This document shows, piece after piece, positions 42,456 to 52,679 of a stretch of 64,000 nt of DNA (positions are counted from its first letter, which is position 1; each line of letters begins with the position of its first letter). Below the pieces are notes generated by a model. It was not told the origin of the DNA. It saw only the letters and a list, made by a program, of their open reading frames with translations, and searched no databases. Source of the DNA: Cyanidioschyzon merolae (Eukaryota); NCBI GenBank assembly GCA_000091205.1, contig AP006501.2, one strand, 5' to 3'. Both the position numbers and the translations under genes were made by a program.

Positions 42456-45371
42456 ATGCATCGAGTACGCTCCCGTGCGTCGTTCTCTAACCGCTCTAGT
42501 GAAGACCTCGTTCAGGTGCCGCCGGGTCTTGAGTTGGACGAAGAGGAGCTCGCGCTCCTGGAGCAACAGCGCCAGCTCGAGAACGCCTTAGCACGACACG
42601 AGCACGGCAATGTTCCCCGATCTCTTTCTCGACGCATCCTGGACTATATGGTCCAGAGCAGCGACGGCGCTGATCTGAGAACGAATCAGTCAATTCTGGG
42701 CACGGAGTCGAGGGCGTTTCCGGAATGGAGCACGTTTCAGCGCCCGGTAGCACGGAAGGGTCCACGATACGACGAGCTTCGACTGGGCGAGCTACTTGTA
42801 CGACGTGGTCACCCGTTGCCGTACGGCGTGAGCCTGAGCCCGGAGGGCACGAATTTCGCTATTTTCACAGATGAGGAGGAGCATGTGGCCCTGATCCTTT
42901 ATCCGGCCAAGTCGCGGCGTCAGCTAAGGCACGAGCGTTTGCAGTCTGCAGCTGCTGCATCTATCGAAAGCGCCACGCCTGTGACCTCGAATACTGAGAA
43001 GTCCGCACCCAAGACAGACTCTCACAGTGGCGAGCATGTCATGGACAAACAAACCGAAACTGCACCACCCAGCGACGCATCGCAAGAGACGGGTGCGAGA
43101 GAAAGTTCCGAGAGCACGCCCGCTAGGACAGAGTCTGCTGCTTCTGCGCTGTTGCGCAGGAATCGGGCGCCGTTTATCGTTCGCGAGAGCAGCACGGACG
43201 ACGAGGACCGCTTTGAAGACGTCCGTTCGAACGCTGGTAGCACCGGCGGAAGCACACCGCGAGCGATGAGCGAAGGCCTCGAAGATCCCAGTAACAACGA
43301 TGCGGTGATGACCACGAGCGCGCTCCAGAGCAGCACAAGGCAAGCAAAGTCGGTACTGGCTACCGCACAAATTTTACCGCATCAGAGCGGACTGCTCTTC
43401 CCGATGGATTGGTTTTTACCGGTCCCAAGTATTGACGACGCAAAACCTCTAATTATCGAACTTGATCCTGTCATCCATCGAACAGGCCATGTTTGGCACG
43501 TACAGATCGCCCCAAATGTGGAACATTATGCCTATGCATGGCGCATCGGCGATCGACCAACGCGCTGGGGCTCAAACATCGTCCTCGATCCATACGCTAA
43601 ATGCGTTTTCTCTCCACCGAGTGCGGATTTCAACCGCCCACCGGGACCTTATCGGCCGATTTGTGGTGTTCCCGCTATTGGAGAACTCGATTTCGACTGG
43701 GATGGCGTCCTTCCTCCACGGTATCCGTTTAAGGACTTGATCATCTATGAGCTGCATGTGAGAGGTCTCACAAAGCAGACTACTTCGCCCTATGCGGGTA
43801 CCTACCTGGGCGTCATTGAAAAGATACCGTACTTGAAGCAACTCGGTATCAATGCAGTTGAATTGATGCCTTGCGCCGAATTCAACGAGACCGAATGGGA
43901 CATGCGAAATCCGAGCACCGGCGAACGATTGTGTCAGTTCTGGGGCTACTCACCGATCTCTTTTTTTGCGCCCATGAATCGTTATGCGATGCAGGGCTTT
44001 ACCTCGGCTGTGCGGGAATTCAAAACCATGGTTCGCGAGCTGCATCGCCACGGCATCGAGGTCATCCTTGATGTGGTTTTCAACCACACCGGGGAGTTTG
44101 GAGACGACGGACCGCCGCCCCTCTTTTACCACTTCAAAGGCCTCGCGCTGAGTACTTATTATATTCTGGATAGGAAGAATCAGTTTGCAAACTATAGCGG
44201 GTGTGGCAATTCGCTCAGTGCGAATCACGTTGTCACTGCGGAGTTCATCCATGAGTGTGTTCGGTACTGGGCTCTGGAGATGGGTGTCGACGGCTTTCGC
44301 TTTGACTTGGCTGCAGTGATGTGTCGAGACCCGCAAGGTCAGCCCATGGCGAGTCCGCCGGTAATCGAGCGGCTCAGCAAAGATCCCTGCTTACGGCACT
44401 TGAAACTGATCGCAGAACCATGGGATCTGGGTCAGTACCTGGTCGGACATTTTCCACATTACGGGTGCTGGGCGGAGTGGAATGGTCGCTTTCGAGACAC
44501 GGTACGGCGTTTCATTAAGGGAGATCCGCATCTGATCGGTGACTTTGCAACCCGTCTATGCGGCTCAGAGGATCTCTACGCGAACGGACGACGTCCGTGG
44601 CACTCCATCAACTTTGTCACCGCTCATGATGGATTCACCCTCTACGACCTGGTTTCCTACGCCGAAAAACATAACTGGGATAATGGTGAGGAAAACCAGG
44701 ACGGTGAAAGCCACAACAATAGCTGGAACTGCGGCTTCGAAGGCGACGGGACCCCGAATCCGAACATTTTCTTCCTGCGGCAGAAGCAGATGCGCAACTT
44801 TCTGGTAGCGTTGCTGATATCGACGGGTACCCCAATGGTGCTTATGGGTGATGAGTATGGCCATACACGTCGCGGAAATAATAACGCCTGGTGCCAGGAC
44901 AACGAGCTGAACTACATGGATTGGGATAAGGTTGCTCGCGATGAACGGGGTCTGGTTCGGTTCACGCGCCTCATGATCCTGTTCCGGCGGGTGAACACCT
45001 TCCTCTGTCGTCAGAACTTCGTCACCAGACACGACGTGAGCTGGATCCATGCCGACTGGAGTAGTGCCTACAACTTCCTGGTGATGAGAATCATCGATCC
45101 CGGAAACGATGACTTGCTGGTGGGGTTTAATGCCGGTCCCGAGCGGCGCACGGTCACTGTACCACCGCTGTCGAGCGATCGCCAGTGGCTCCGCATCGTG
45201 GACACCAATCTGGCTCCGCCGTTGGATTTCTGTAACGGAGATAATCCAACCAAGATCTACGGCACCTACGTCATGCAACCCTGGAGTTCGATTATTCTCC
45301 AGAGCCACCGCCGCAGCGTGCTCATCCAGAGCTTGGAAGAACACCTTCGCGGACGCGAAGCAGCCTCCTAG
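42456..45371 (+). CDS. isoamylase-type starch/glycogen debranching enzyme (GH13 with N-terminal CBM48)
   Basis: GHPLPYGVSLSPEGTNFAIFT (CBM48), GYSPISFFAP, VILDVVFNHTGE, and VDGFRFDLAAVM (catalytic region). The ORF opens with GTG; first ATG at 42456. Confidence 0.85.
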   Translation: MHRVRSRASFSNRSSEDLVQVPPGLELDEEELALLEQQRQLENALARHEHGNVPRSLSRRILDYMVQSSDGADLRTNQSILGTESRAFPEWSTFQRPVARKGPRYDELRLGELLVRRGHPLPYGVSLSPEGTNFAIFTDEEEHVALILYPAKSRRQLRHERLQSAAAASIESATPVTSNTEKSAPKTDSHSGEHVMDKQTETAPPSDASQETGARESSESTPARTESAASALLRRNRAPFIVRESSTDDEDRFEDVRSNAGSTGGSTPRAMSEGLEDPSNNDAVMTTSALQSSTRQAKSVLATAQILPHQSGLLFPMDWFLPVPSIDDAKPLIIELDPVIHRTGHVWHVQIAPNVEHYAYAWRIGDRPTRWGSNIVLDPYAKCVFSPPSADFNRPPGPYRPICGVPAIGELDFDWDGVLPPRYPFKDLIIYELHVRGLTKQTTSPYAGTYLGVIEKIPYLKQLGINAVELMPCAEFNETEWDMRNPSTGERLCQFWGYSPISFFAPMNRYAMQGFTSAVREFKTMVRELHRHGIEVILDVVFNHTGEFGDDGPPPLFYHFKGLALSTYYILDRKNQFANYSGCGNSLSANHVVTAEFIHECVRYWALEMGVDGFRFDLAAVMCRDPQGQPMASPPVIERLSKDPCLRHLKLIAEPWDLGQYLVGHFPHYGCWAEWNGRFRDTVRRFIKGDPHLIGDFATRLCGSEDLYANGRRPWHSINFVTAHDGFTLYDLVSYAEKHNWDNGEENQDGESHNNSWNCGFEGDGTPNPNIFFLRQKQMRNFLVALLISTGTPMVLMGDEYGHTRRGNNNAWCQDNELNYMDWDKVARDERGLVRFTRLMILFRRVNTFLCRQNFVTRHDVSWIHADWSSAYNFLVMRIIDPGNDDLLVGFNAGPERRTVTVPPLSSDRQWLRIVDTNLAPPLDFCNGDNPTKIYGTYVMQPWSSIILQSHRRSVLIQSLEEHLRGREAAS

Positions 45372-45798
45372 ACACTGTAAAATGTTGATGAAACCTCGCT
45401 GTGAAGTCGGATGGCTTGATTCAGGGAACAAATCCCTTGTACAGCGTCGCTGTCGATATCGAAGTGGTGCCTCATGATCCAGAAGCAGGAATGCAGCATC
45501 AGCGGACCGTTTCACGTGCCACCAACTACACTACGTGCACATGAGGCAGCTTTGTGGCGGGGGTTTTCCAGCGCCGTCCGCGATCGCTACCAACGGTATG
45601 CCTGCTGCGCACCGGTAAATACCAACGCAGTAGGCTCAGCTGTGTTCGCTATAGCAGTGGTACCTTTTTGGGCAGTATCATTGAGAAATTCCTGACCACG
45701 GTGAACGCGACGGCTGCGTGTCGCCGTGAAAGCGTCGTATATTTGGACAGTGCGAGTAGGAAACTCACGTGTGCAAAACGAGGTATATACGTATGGGA

Positions 45799-45907
45799 AT
45801 GCATGCATGCATGCATGCATGCAAAAACACGTGTCTATGCGAATGAAAGCACGCATGGTATCGAAGCTTTTCACGTATGTGAGTGCATGCATGCATGCAT
45901 GCATGCA
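45799..45907. repeat. paired (CATG)n/(TGCA)n microsatellite blocks in the convergent intergenic region
   Basis: gaatgcatgcatgcatgcatgcatgca and, about 60 bp on, gtgcatgcatgcatgcatgcatgcac seen directly between the isoamylase (+) and PWP2 (-) 3' ends. Confidence 0.8.
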
Positions 45908-46090
45908 CTCACAAACGCGTAGCCATAAACATAAAAACCAATAACACTGAGGTCTACATGATTTTACCGCAGCGGCTTCGAGGCTATCGGCAAGCGCAGC
46001 AAGTCGTAGCGGTATGCACATGGTACATAGCCACAAAGCGCGGTATCAGCACCGGCTGAGACGAGAGCTGCTTTCGCATGCCCTTCTCTC

Positions 46091-48994
46091 CTACGTCGAT
46101 GTTACCTGCTCCACTGGGGCACTATCGACACACAATTGGAGAAGGGCGCGATTCTCGTCACAAAGTCGCTCCAGGGTATCCCGATAGTGCAGAAGCGCTC
46201 GATGCAGTGCTAAAAGCGCAGCGTCCAGGCGATAGTTGCGCCCGACACGCAGCTGCCGCCGAGGCACGGGCTCGCCCTTCGTCCCAGTGGCCCGGGTGGC
46301 AGCCTCTCCGTGCCAGACGAGCAATGCACTGCACCAGCGCAGGAGATACTCCCAATGGCGAGAGCGCTTCAGTCGCAACGAACCAACAAGCGCCTCGGCC
46401 AAGAGTGAGATGAGGGTCGGTACGTGGACAGCGGAAAGCGCGCGGACAACGATGTCGACTTGGTCCGCTGGAACATGCCCCAGCATGTCGTAGACGTAGC
46501 CTGGTTCGTTGAGCCGAAGCGCGAGCGAGAGCGCCAGGGCCCAGCGACCCTCGCGAATCGCTTGGAGCATATTCGACGGCGTGACGTCCACGGCCAGATC
46601 CACGGGATCAAAGGCAGCTCCGAGCGAGCCTCGCCAGAGTGGAGCCGCCGTCGCAAAACTTCCCAAGGCGTGTGCAAAGAGAAACAGCCCGTCGGTGGTC
46701 GCAGCCGCCCAGGTTTCCGTTCCGGGTGCAACCTGGATGCTCTGGACACGAAGCATACGCGCAGAACGCTTTCGATCACGATGCTCGTGCAGGATTCGGA
46801 GTGCTAGGCGATGCGTTCGTGTCTCAGATGATGGGGTTTTGGCGGCGAGCGCACGCAGAAGCTTGTTTTCGGAGGCTGGTGCTGCCGAGGTCGCTGGTGC
46901 TGCCTTCGCCGCTGATCGTCGTTCGCATATAAAAGTCGGAAAGAGTTCGATCCGGCGGATGCATTGCAACGTCGCACGGCTGTACACGAGTACACCAGTA
47001 GCATCGCCGCCACTAGCAAGCAAGAACTGCCCATCCGTTGTGTAGCAAAGAGTGGACACGTAGGGCGCGTCTCGGGCTCCGGCTGCCTCACAGTCTCGGC
47101 GCGTTTCAAGAGTTGCTCGCACGGTAGCGAGGCGCGTATCCCACAGGGTGAGCGTCCCATCCGCTGTCGCACTAACCAGCTCACGCCCGTCGGGATGGAA
47201 GGCCATAGTCAGAACCTCCTTCGCGTGACGCAGCACCTGCGCATCAAGACGGCTCCCGGTCGCGAGCAGCGCCCAGAGTCGCACGGTGCCGTCCCAGGAC
47301 GCCGAGGCCAAACGCAAGCCCTCTGCTTCCGCTGTGACGCCGTTGAAAGCGACCGCAGAAATTGGAGCTTCATGCCCAGCAAGCGTCTCCAGGAGCTGCC
47401 CCGTGCGCACATGCCATACGCAGACAACGAACGGCTCTTTGCAACCGGCAGCGACCAGATCTCCGCTCTCATCTGCCGCAAGGCAGGTAAAAGGATAGCT
47501 TACACCGCTGGAGGCGCCAGCTGGTCCACGCAGCGTCCTAAATGCTCGATAGCGCTTCAAGTCGATCGCTCGCACAGTGCCGTCTGTGGAACAGGAAAAA
47601 AGGACGCCGCTCCGTTGGGAAAAAGCAAGCCCCGTTAAGCGTTGCGTGTGCAAATCATCCAGGGTCAATGCACAGAACCCGGTGAACGTTGACCAGAGTT
47701 TCACAAGACCGTCCGCGGCACCAGTAGCGATCACATCTCCTCTCGGTGCGTAGGCGAGGCAGGTTAGGTCCAGCCAGTGCCCCTGCTGTTTCAGCACGTA
47801 CTTTTCACTGGTCCATTCCCAGACAATGAGCGCCGACGTCAAAGCAGAAGCGAGCGCAATCCATTCTCCATCAGGATGAATGGTGATCGCCGATAATGGT
47901 GCTGCCGAAACCGAAAACTGCTGCACAAGCCGCGTCATCACCCCCGGCTCGGGCTGGGGCTCAAGCTCCACCAGCATAAGAACGCCATTCGAAAGACCCA
48001 GGGCAAGGAGCCGACGCTTCATGAGCGCATGCGCACATGTGACGCGCACATGCCGCGGCTGACGACTACCCTCGCTGCCAATGAAGAGGTTCGTCTTGTT
48101 CAAACAACGAACCAGCTCTCGGTGTGCATTCCGGCGGCGACCGGAGCGCGTCCGCGTTCCTGTACCGTTGCTGGCGGTTGCATCGTTTCCACGCTTCTTC
48201 GCCAGTGTTTCGCTGAGACCGTTTAACGCAGGCAATGGAGGTGCATCCTCAAGGATGCCGTCCGGCTCGTGAACGGACTCCATTGCTCGTTCCCGCTCAT
48301 CGATGGATGCTGTGGCCTCGCGAGCGATTCGCCAGGTGATCAGTGTGCCGTCCACGCTCAGAGAGTAGGCTTGGGTATCATCCTGCCCAAAAGCAGTCCA
48401 CAGGATCACGTCTCGATGGCCTCGCAAGGATATCGGTGCGTCAAAGCCACCGTTGGCGTGCACAAGCCGCAGACTGTGGTCTCGCGCACCCGACAACAGC
48501 AGTTGCCCCGAAGGCGACCACGCCAGTGCAGTCACCTGATCAGGGTGTGCAGCTATCGTTTTTACGCGAACGAACGGCGCAAACTCCGGAAGAAACGCTC
48601 GGTCCGTGGGAACCTGCCAGATCTGCAGGCTAGAACCGACGCCTACGGCTAAGCGCTCACCGTCCGGGGCAAAGAGAGCTTGCTGGACGGCCCCACCGCA
48701 GAAGCGAAAGCGGTGCAGGACAGCCCCTGACACAAGACTTATGAAGAGCGCTCGGCCATCTACGTCTACTGCAAGCAGATAATCACCAGATGCTGCTGAA
48801 CTGAGAGCAAGGACTTCGATGTCAGCGCGAGAGATCGCATCAAGTGTCCGACTCCCGGCAGAAACGAGACTGAACGCCACCACACGGTTGCCGACCGGTG
48901 ACAAGATTGTCTCCCCATCAGGTGTAAACACTAGATTCCCACCAGTGAATGACTTGCCTAAAACATTCACCAGTCGATACCCGAACGCAACCAT
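46091..48994 (-). CDS. PWP2: periodic tryptophan protein 2 (PWP2/UTP1), WD40-repeat SSU-processome component
   Basis: MVAFGYRLVNVLGKSFTGGNLVFTPDGETILSPVGNRVVAFSL matches the PWP2 N-terminus. Many WD40 repeats and a C-terminal Utp12-like region. The ORF opens with TTG, so the start was set at the in-frame ATG. Confidence 0.85.
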   Translation of the reverse strand: MVAFGYRLVNVLGKSFTGGNLVFTPDGETILSPVGNRVVAFSLVSAGSRTLDAISRADIEVLALSSAASGDYLLAVDVDGRALFISLVSGAVLHRFRFCGGAVQQALFAPDGERLAVGVGSSLQIWQVPTDRAFLPEFAPFVRVKTIAAHPDQVTALAWSPSGQLLLSGARDHSLRLVHANGGFDAPISLRGHRDVILWTAFGQDDTQAYSLSVDGTLITWRIAREATASIDERERAMESVHEPDGILEDAPPLPALNGLSETLAKKRGNDATASNGTGTRTRSGRRRNAHRELVRCLNKTNLFIGSEGSRQPRHVRVTCAHALMKRRLLALGLSNGVLMLVELEPQPEPGVMTRLVQQFSVSAAPLSAITIHPDGEWIALASALTSALIVWEWTSEKYVLKQQGHWLDLTCLAYAPRGDVIATGAADGLVKLWSTFTGFCALTLDDLHTQRLTGLAFSQRSGVLFSCSTDGTVRAIDLKRYRAFRTLRGPAGASSGVSYPFTCLAADESGDLVAAGCKEPFVVCVWHVRTGQLLETLAGHEAPISAVAFNGVTAEAEGLRLASASWDGTVRLWALLATGSRLDAQVLRHAKEVLTMAFHPDGRELVSATADGTLTLWDTRLATVRATLETRRDCEAAGARDAPYVSTLCYTTDGQFLLASGGDATGVLVYSRATLQCIRRIELFPTFICERRSAAKAAPATSAAPASENKLLRALAAKTPSSETRTHRLALRILHEHRDRKRSARMLRVQSIQVAPGTETWAAATTDGLFLFAHALGSFATAAPLWRGSLGAAFDPVDLAVDVTPSNMLQAIREGRWALALSLALRLNEPGYVYDMLGHVPADQVDIVVRALSAVHVPTLISLLAEALVGSLRLKRSRHWEYLLRWCSALLVWHGEAATRATGTKGEPVPRRQLRVGRNYRLDAALLALHRALLHYRDTLERLCDENRALLQLCVDSAPVEQVTST

Positions 48995-49835
48995 GGAACG
49001 CTCGCGACAAGGCGTTTTCCCGGTGTCTCTGAACGTTCCGTCTAGGCAGCGTCGCCGAACAGCGCTTCGTGCGGATGCCAAGCAGCAAAAAACAGAGCTG
49101 TTCGGTCACTATCCAGTTGCTGAGAGGAAGGTTCTTTCCTTTCGGTATCACTTTGGATATTAGAGCTGTATATGAACGTTTACGTTGATCTAGAGAAGGA
49201 GTACAAGTACAGCACTTTATTGATAGGGTTGTCGGGAGGGTTTGAATCGTCTGAACTTCACAAGTTTACAACGACAAGTACAGCGAGCTTTGTGCAACCT
49301 GTTCACGACCGAGAACAGGACAGAGAAAGAGGGCGTGTGCATGTTGCAGACCTCGGGACACGCCACTGAGGCGTAGAACAATAGCACGTCACTTGGCGGA
49401 GACGTTAGTCCCAAACGAACAAGGCGGGAAAGCGTACAAATGCCAAAGTATGCCGACAGCTCTTGCCGTTCGGTGTGGAGCGCATCGTTGGGGAACGGAC
49501 GAACACGACGGTCAGCGTTTCATGGAGAACGCAACAAAAGAAGCCGCGACTGACGAGTAGTCGCTGCTGTGGCCGCGAGTGCAACTAGAGACGCAGGCTC
49601 TTCAGTAGACGCTCTCGTCTTGGCTCTCAGGTTTCGTTTATTACCGCTGGCTCATTCGGACTTGGCCTCTTACAGGTTGTCTCAGTGTACACACTAATTA
49701 GCCGCACACATGGAAGCCTACACGGATGTACCCAACTACGACTACAATCTAGCTCAGACGACTCGCGGTGCTGCAAGGATCCGCATGAAAACCTGGTACA
49801 CGAGTCATCGCATAAGGTGTTCTATGTACCAAGCT

Positions 49836-51404
49836 TTACTGCGCTGGTGCGGATGCCTCCTGAAAAGGCCAGCCGAATTGCTGGAACACCTGGGAGAAGC
49901 GAGCTCGAGCATCTCCAGATACCGCTATTGAGATATGCCCGTCCAAATTCAGACGCAAATCAACTAGATCAGTGAAGAGGATAGTCGACTGCAGCGGCTC
50001 CGAAATGAGCCCTTCATGTAATCTTGCCGTCTGCACGTTGCAGCGCCTCAACGACGCACACTGCAGCGTGAAACGCGCCGGCGGGGTCAGCTCCCGCGCC
50101 GGTGACGCTGTGCTCAGGTCTATTGCCCGATGCAACGCCTCTGCGGCGTGACGTGGGTTTCCCCAAGTGGAGCCCAGGGGGCACACCAGGAGTCGCAGCC
50201 GACTCGTCTGGTTATCATCATCAGGTGATGCTTGATTCGGTGCACTGCGGATCGCGTCTTCGGCAGGTAATCGTTCACAGGCGAGCGCCTCCACGAGTGC
50301 CCGTAGAAGCTGAACATCGGAACCGGAACCGTCATATGCTACCAAGATCACAGGCAACGTCGGACACTGCGATTCTGCAGATTCACCATGCAGGGAAGTA
50401 GCGAGGGCGAGACGCAATCCCTCGAGCCAGTCTGTCACGACCTGCACAAGTTGCGGTTTCCATGGATACGATTCTAATTCACGCAGAAATCTGCTGACAA
50501 GATTTGCACGAATCATGCCATCGAACCATCGGGAAGCATCCGTACCGAGAAGGAGCAAACGCACTGAAAGCAGTCGCTGCAGAGCAGCCTGTGCGGGATC
50601 TTGGCTCGCATGCCGGTGCTCCACATGCGCTATAGCAAGCTGCTGAACTTGATTCTTCGTCTTCTGCTTTCTACCGCATCGCTCATCCTCATCCCGATCT
50701 AAGTGCGTAAAGTCATCGAAAAGAGCGCTTTCCCGGCGCAGCAGCGGGTTGCGCTCGGTATCGCTCACTCGTCCGATCGAAGTGTAGCCCGCATCGTACA
50801 GACTACAGTACTCCAGGTGGAACGTCCGCAAAAAGCGCCAAACCGCCCGATATGACCAGTGCAGGATCGGATTCACGCGCAGAAACGAGGGCCATTCGGG
50901 GCTCGACGGGCTCAGATGCTCCTGGCTGGGTCCGTCCGGGTCTATCCAGCGCGTTCCCAGAAGAAAACAACGCACACGCGGACGTATCTCTGTTAAATAA
51001 GTCTTAAGACCATGAAAAATTCCCCCGGGTACTCGATCAAAAACCAGCTGGTCGGCGTAGCGGCGGGACCAGTCTGCCACAAACTCGAGCACTTCGGGAA
51101 ACTGCTCCTGAGGATCCGGTTCCTCAAAAAATACTGCTTGAATGTGTGGTGCCGGCTTGCGTTCTTTATATAGAGACTGAAAGGCTGCTCGTGTTAAATG
51201 GAAAACAACAGTGGCGTCCTTGCCTCCATTAAAACTCAAGGCAACCTCCTCCGGTTCAAAAATGCGCAGAACGCCACGCAGCAGTTGGAGCGAGCTGGTA
51301 ACCCCAGGAGCCAGATCGGGTGCGACCTGTTCGATGCACTCTAATTGTTTCCATAGAGGCTCTTCATTTTCTGTTTGACTATCATCTTTACCGACACCAA
51401 GCAT
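49836..51404 (-). CDS. FAD synthetase (FMN adenylyltransferase, PAPS-reductase-like fold) with about 250 extra C-terminal aa
   Basis: LSFNGGKDATVVFHL...LLGTRWIDPDGP...NPILHWSYRAVWRFLR matches the eukaryotic FAD1/PAPS-reductase-like domain. Real ATG start. Confidence 0.65.
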   Translation of the reverse strand: MLGVGKDDSQTENEEPLWKQLECIEQVAPDLAPGVTSSLQLLRGVLRIFEPEEVALSFNGGKDATVVFHLTRAAFQSLYKERKPAPHIQAVFFEEPDPQEQFPEVLEFVADWSRRYADQLVFDRVPGGIFHGLKTYLTEIRPRVRCFLLGTRWIDPDGPSQEHLSPSSPEWPSFLRVNPILHWSYRAVWRFLRTFHLEYCSLYDAGYTSIGRVSDTERNPLLRRESALFDDFTHLDRDEDERCGRKQKTKNQVQQLAIAHVEHRHASQDPAQAALQRLLSVRLLLLGTDASRWFDGMIRANLVSRFLRELESYPWKPQLVQVVTDWLEGLRLALATSLHGESAESQCPTLPVILVAYDGSGSDVQLLRALVEALACERLPAEDAIRSAPNQASPDDDNQTSRLRLLVCPLGSTWGNPRHAAEALHRAIDLSTASPARELTPPARFTLQCASLRRCNVQTARLHEGLISEPLQSTILFTDLVDLRLNLDGHISIAVSGDARARFSQVFQQFGWPFQEASAPAQ

Positions 51405-51555
51405 ACGGCTGTTGCCCTGCGCGTCCTATTGTACGTTCCCAGGGCGACACGTCCCGCGAACCCCGCTGGCTCACAGAAGCAGAAACCGGAGGGGTGCGCT
51501 CCACGCTGCCGGATCCGCCTCCGCGTCGAGCACATCGCTGCGTTTTTGCTCAGTT

Positions 51556-51835
51556 TTACAGAATGTTTCCATGGACTAGGGATACCAGATTGCGGGATGG
51601 ATATTGGCATTCGGGAGTGTGCCCATCATGATGCAACCTATGCTCAAGTTCCATGATGCATACTTTTTCTCGGGGGTGTACTGGTCGATTTGAATGTTGT
51701 ATCATGCGGCGAGTACCTGCCTTGCTGCAGCCGCTATACCGCCTATACCGCTGGTGTGGATGCAACCTAGAGACAGAACAGTTTTGCTGTATCGCAGAGG
51801 GCTTCGACTCGAGAATGTAAACTTAACCTTCTCAA
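51556..51835 (+). repeat. conserved structured module, copy 3, directly abutting the 3' end of a reverse-strand Fanzor fragment
   Basis: Aligns over about 280 bp with 8287-8640 (ctcaagttccat ... ggtgtggatgcaacctagagacagaacag ... ggcttcgactcgag). It lies about 150 bp upstream of the FAD synthetase ATG. Confidence 0.6.
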
Positions 51836-52260
51836 AGGCGCCTCTCGGCCTTTTTCGACCGGCCACCTGCTATCGGATTGAGTTTCTTTCTGTGCATATC
51901 GAGCCTGAGAGGCTGGCCCACAAAGCTGAATCGCATCAGCTCCTGGGGTCTCGTATCCAATACCGCACATGGTCTGATTTTGATGACGACGTTGAAGCCT
52001 CGATGCACAAACTCCATGCGTTTCTTTCCTCTGATGGAACGCAAAAGTGCTAGGATTCCGAGAACTCGCGACCTCTCTCCGATTCCAATCGCGCCATCGT
52101 CCCACAGGGCAAACTCCTTTTCTCGCCCATCTCCCTGTTCTTCTTCTTCTTCGTCACTTGCCCTTCTTCGCTCGATCGTCAGCGATGAGAGGTGTTTTCC
52201 CCTTTTTTCGTCTGCCAGCAATAACCACCAACCAGGATTCCCGACTTTTATGTCCATATC
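51836..52260 (-). pseudogene. degenerate Fanzor/TnpB C-terminal fragment (RuvC-III motif decayed: RDFNAATNI replaced by RGFNVVIKI)
   Basis: ORF 51832-52257 (-): ...LALLRSIRGKKRMEFVHRGFNVVIKIRPCAV...RKKLNPIAGGRSKKAERRL. This aligns with copy 1 LALVSTINGKKRMEIVNRDFNAATNIRRCAV...KKLKPVVGGRSKN. Nucleotide ggtggccggtcgaaaaagg matches ggtggccggtccaaaaa. Confidence 0.6.
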
Positions 52261-52679
52261 CTTCCCTTAGATTGTCACCTTCGTCAAAATGAACGCACTT
52301 TGCGTATATCTGCTATGAGCGGAGAATAGACCTTTGATGACACGCACTTGCAGGTTTTTTCATGGACAAAACGTTTACCTAGGCCAGCGTTCTCCGATTA
52401 TGCGCATTTTTCTTTTCTTACTTTTTTTGTGTTATTTTTCCAGTGCGCGGGAAAGTATCTGTCGAACCGCACGCACTTGCAGGTGGAACGCAATTGAGTT
52501 GAACGGTCATGAGCGCAGCACCTGGACGCCGCTTCCGCTGCGCTCCGCAGCCGCTGGCGATCGACGGCGGCTGCGGCGGCGGCCAAATGGCGAGCACAGC
52601 AGTCTCGTTGGCGTGAAGCGCGAGCATTTCTTCTCTCGAAGAGCTTTTGTTGGGAACGTTGTGCCCTTCCTGGACGGAC

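Noticed and set aside
42924-43370. Antisense ORFs within the isoamylase gene, and similar ones within PWP2 (46424-47638)
   Set aside because: Shadow ORFs opposite well-supported long coding regions.
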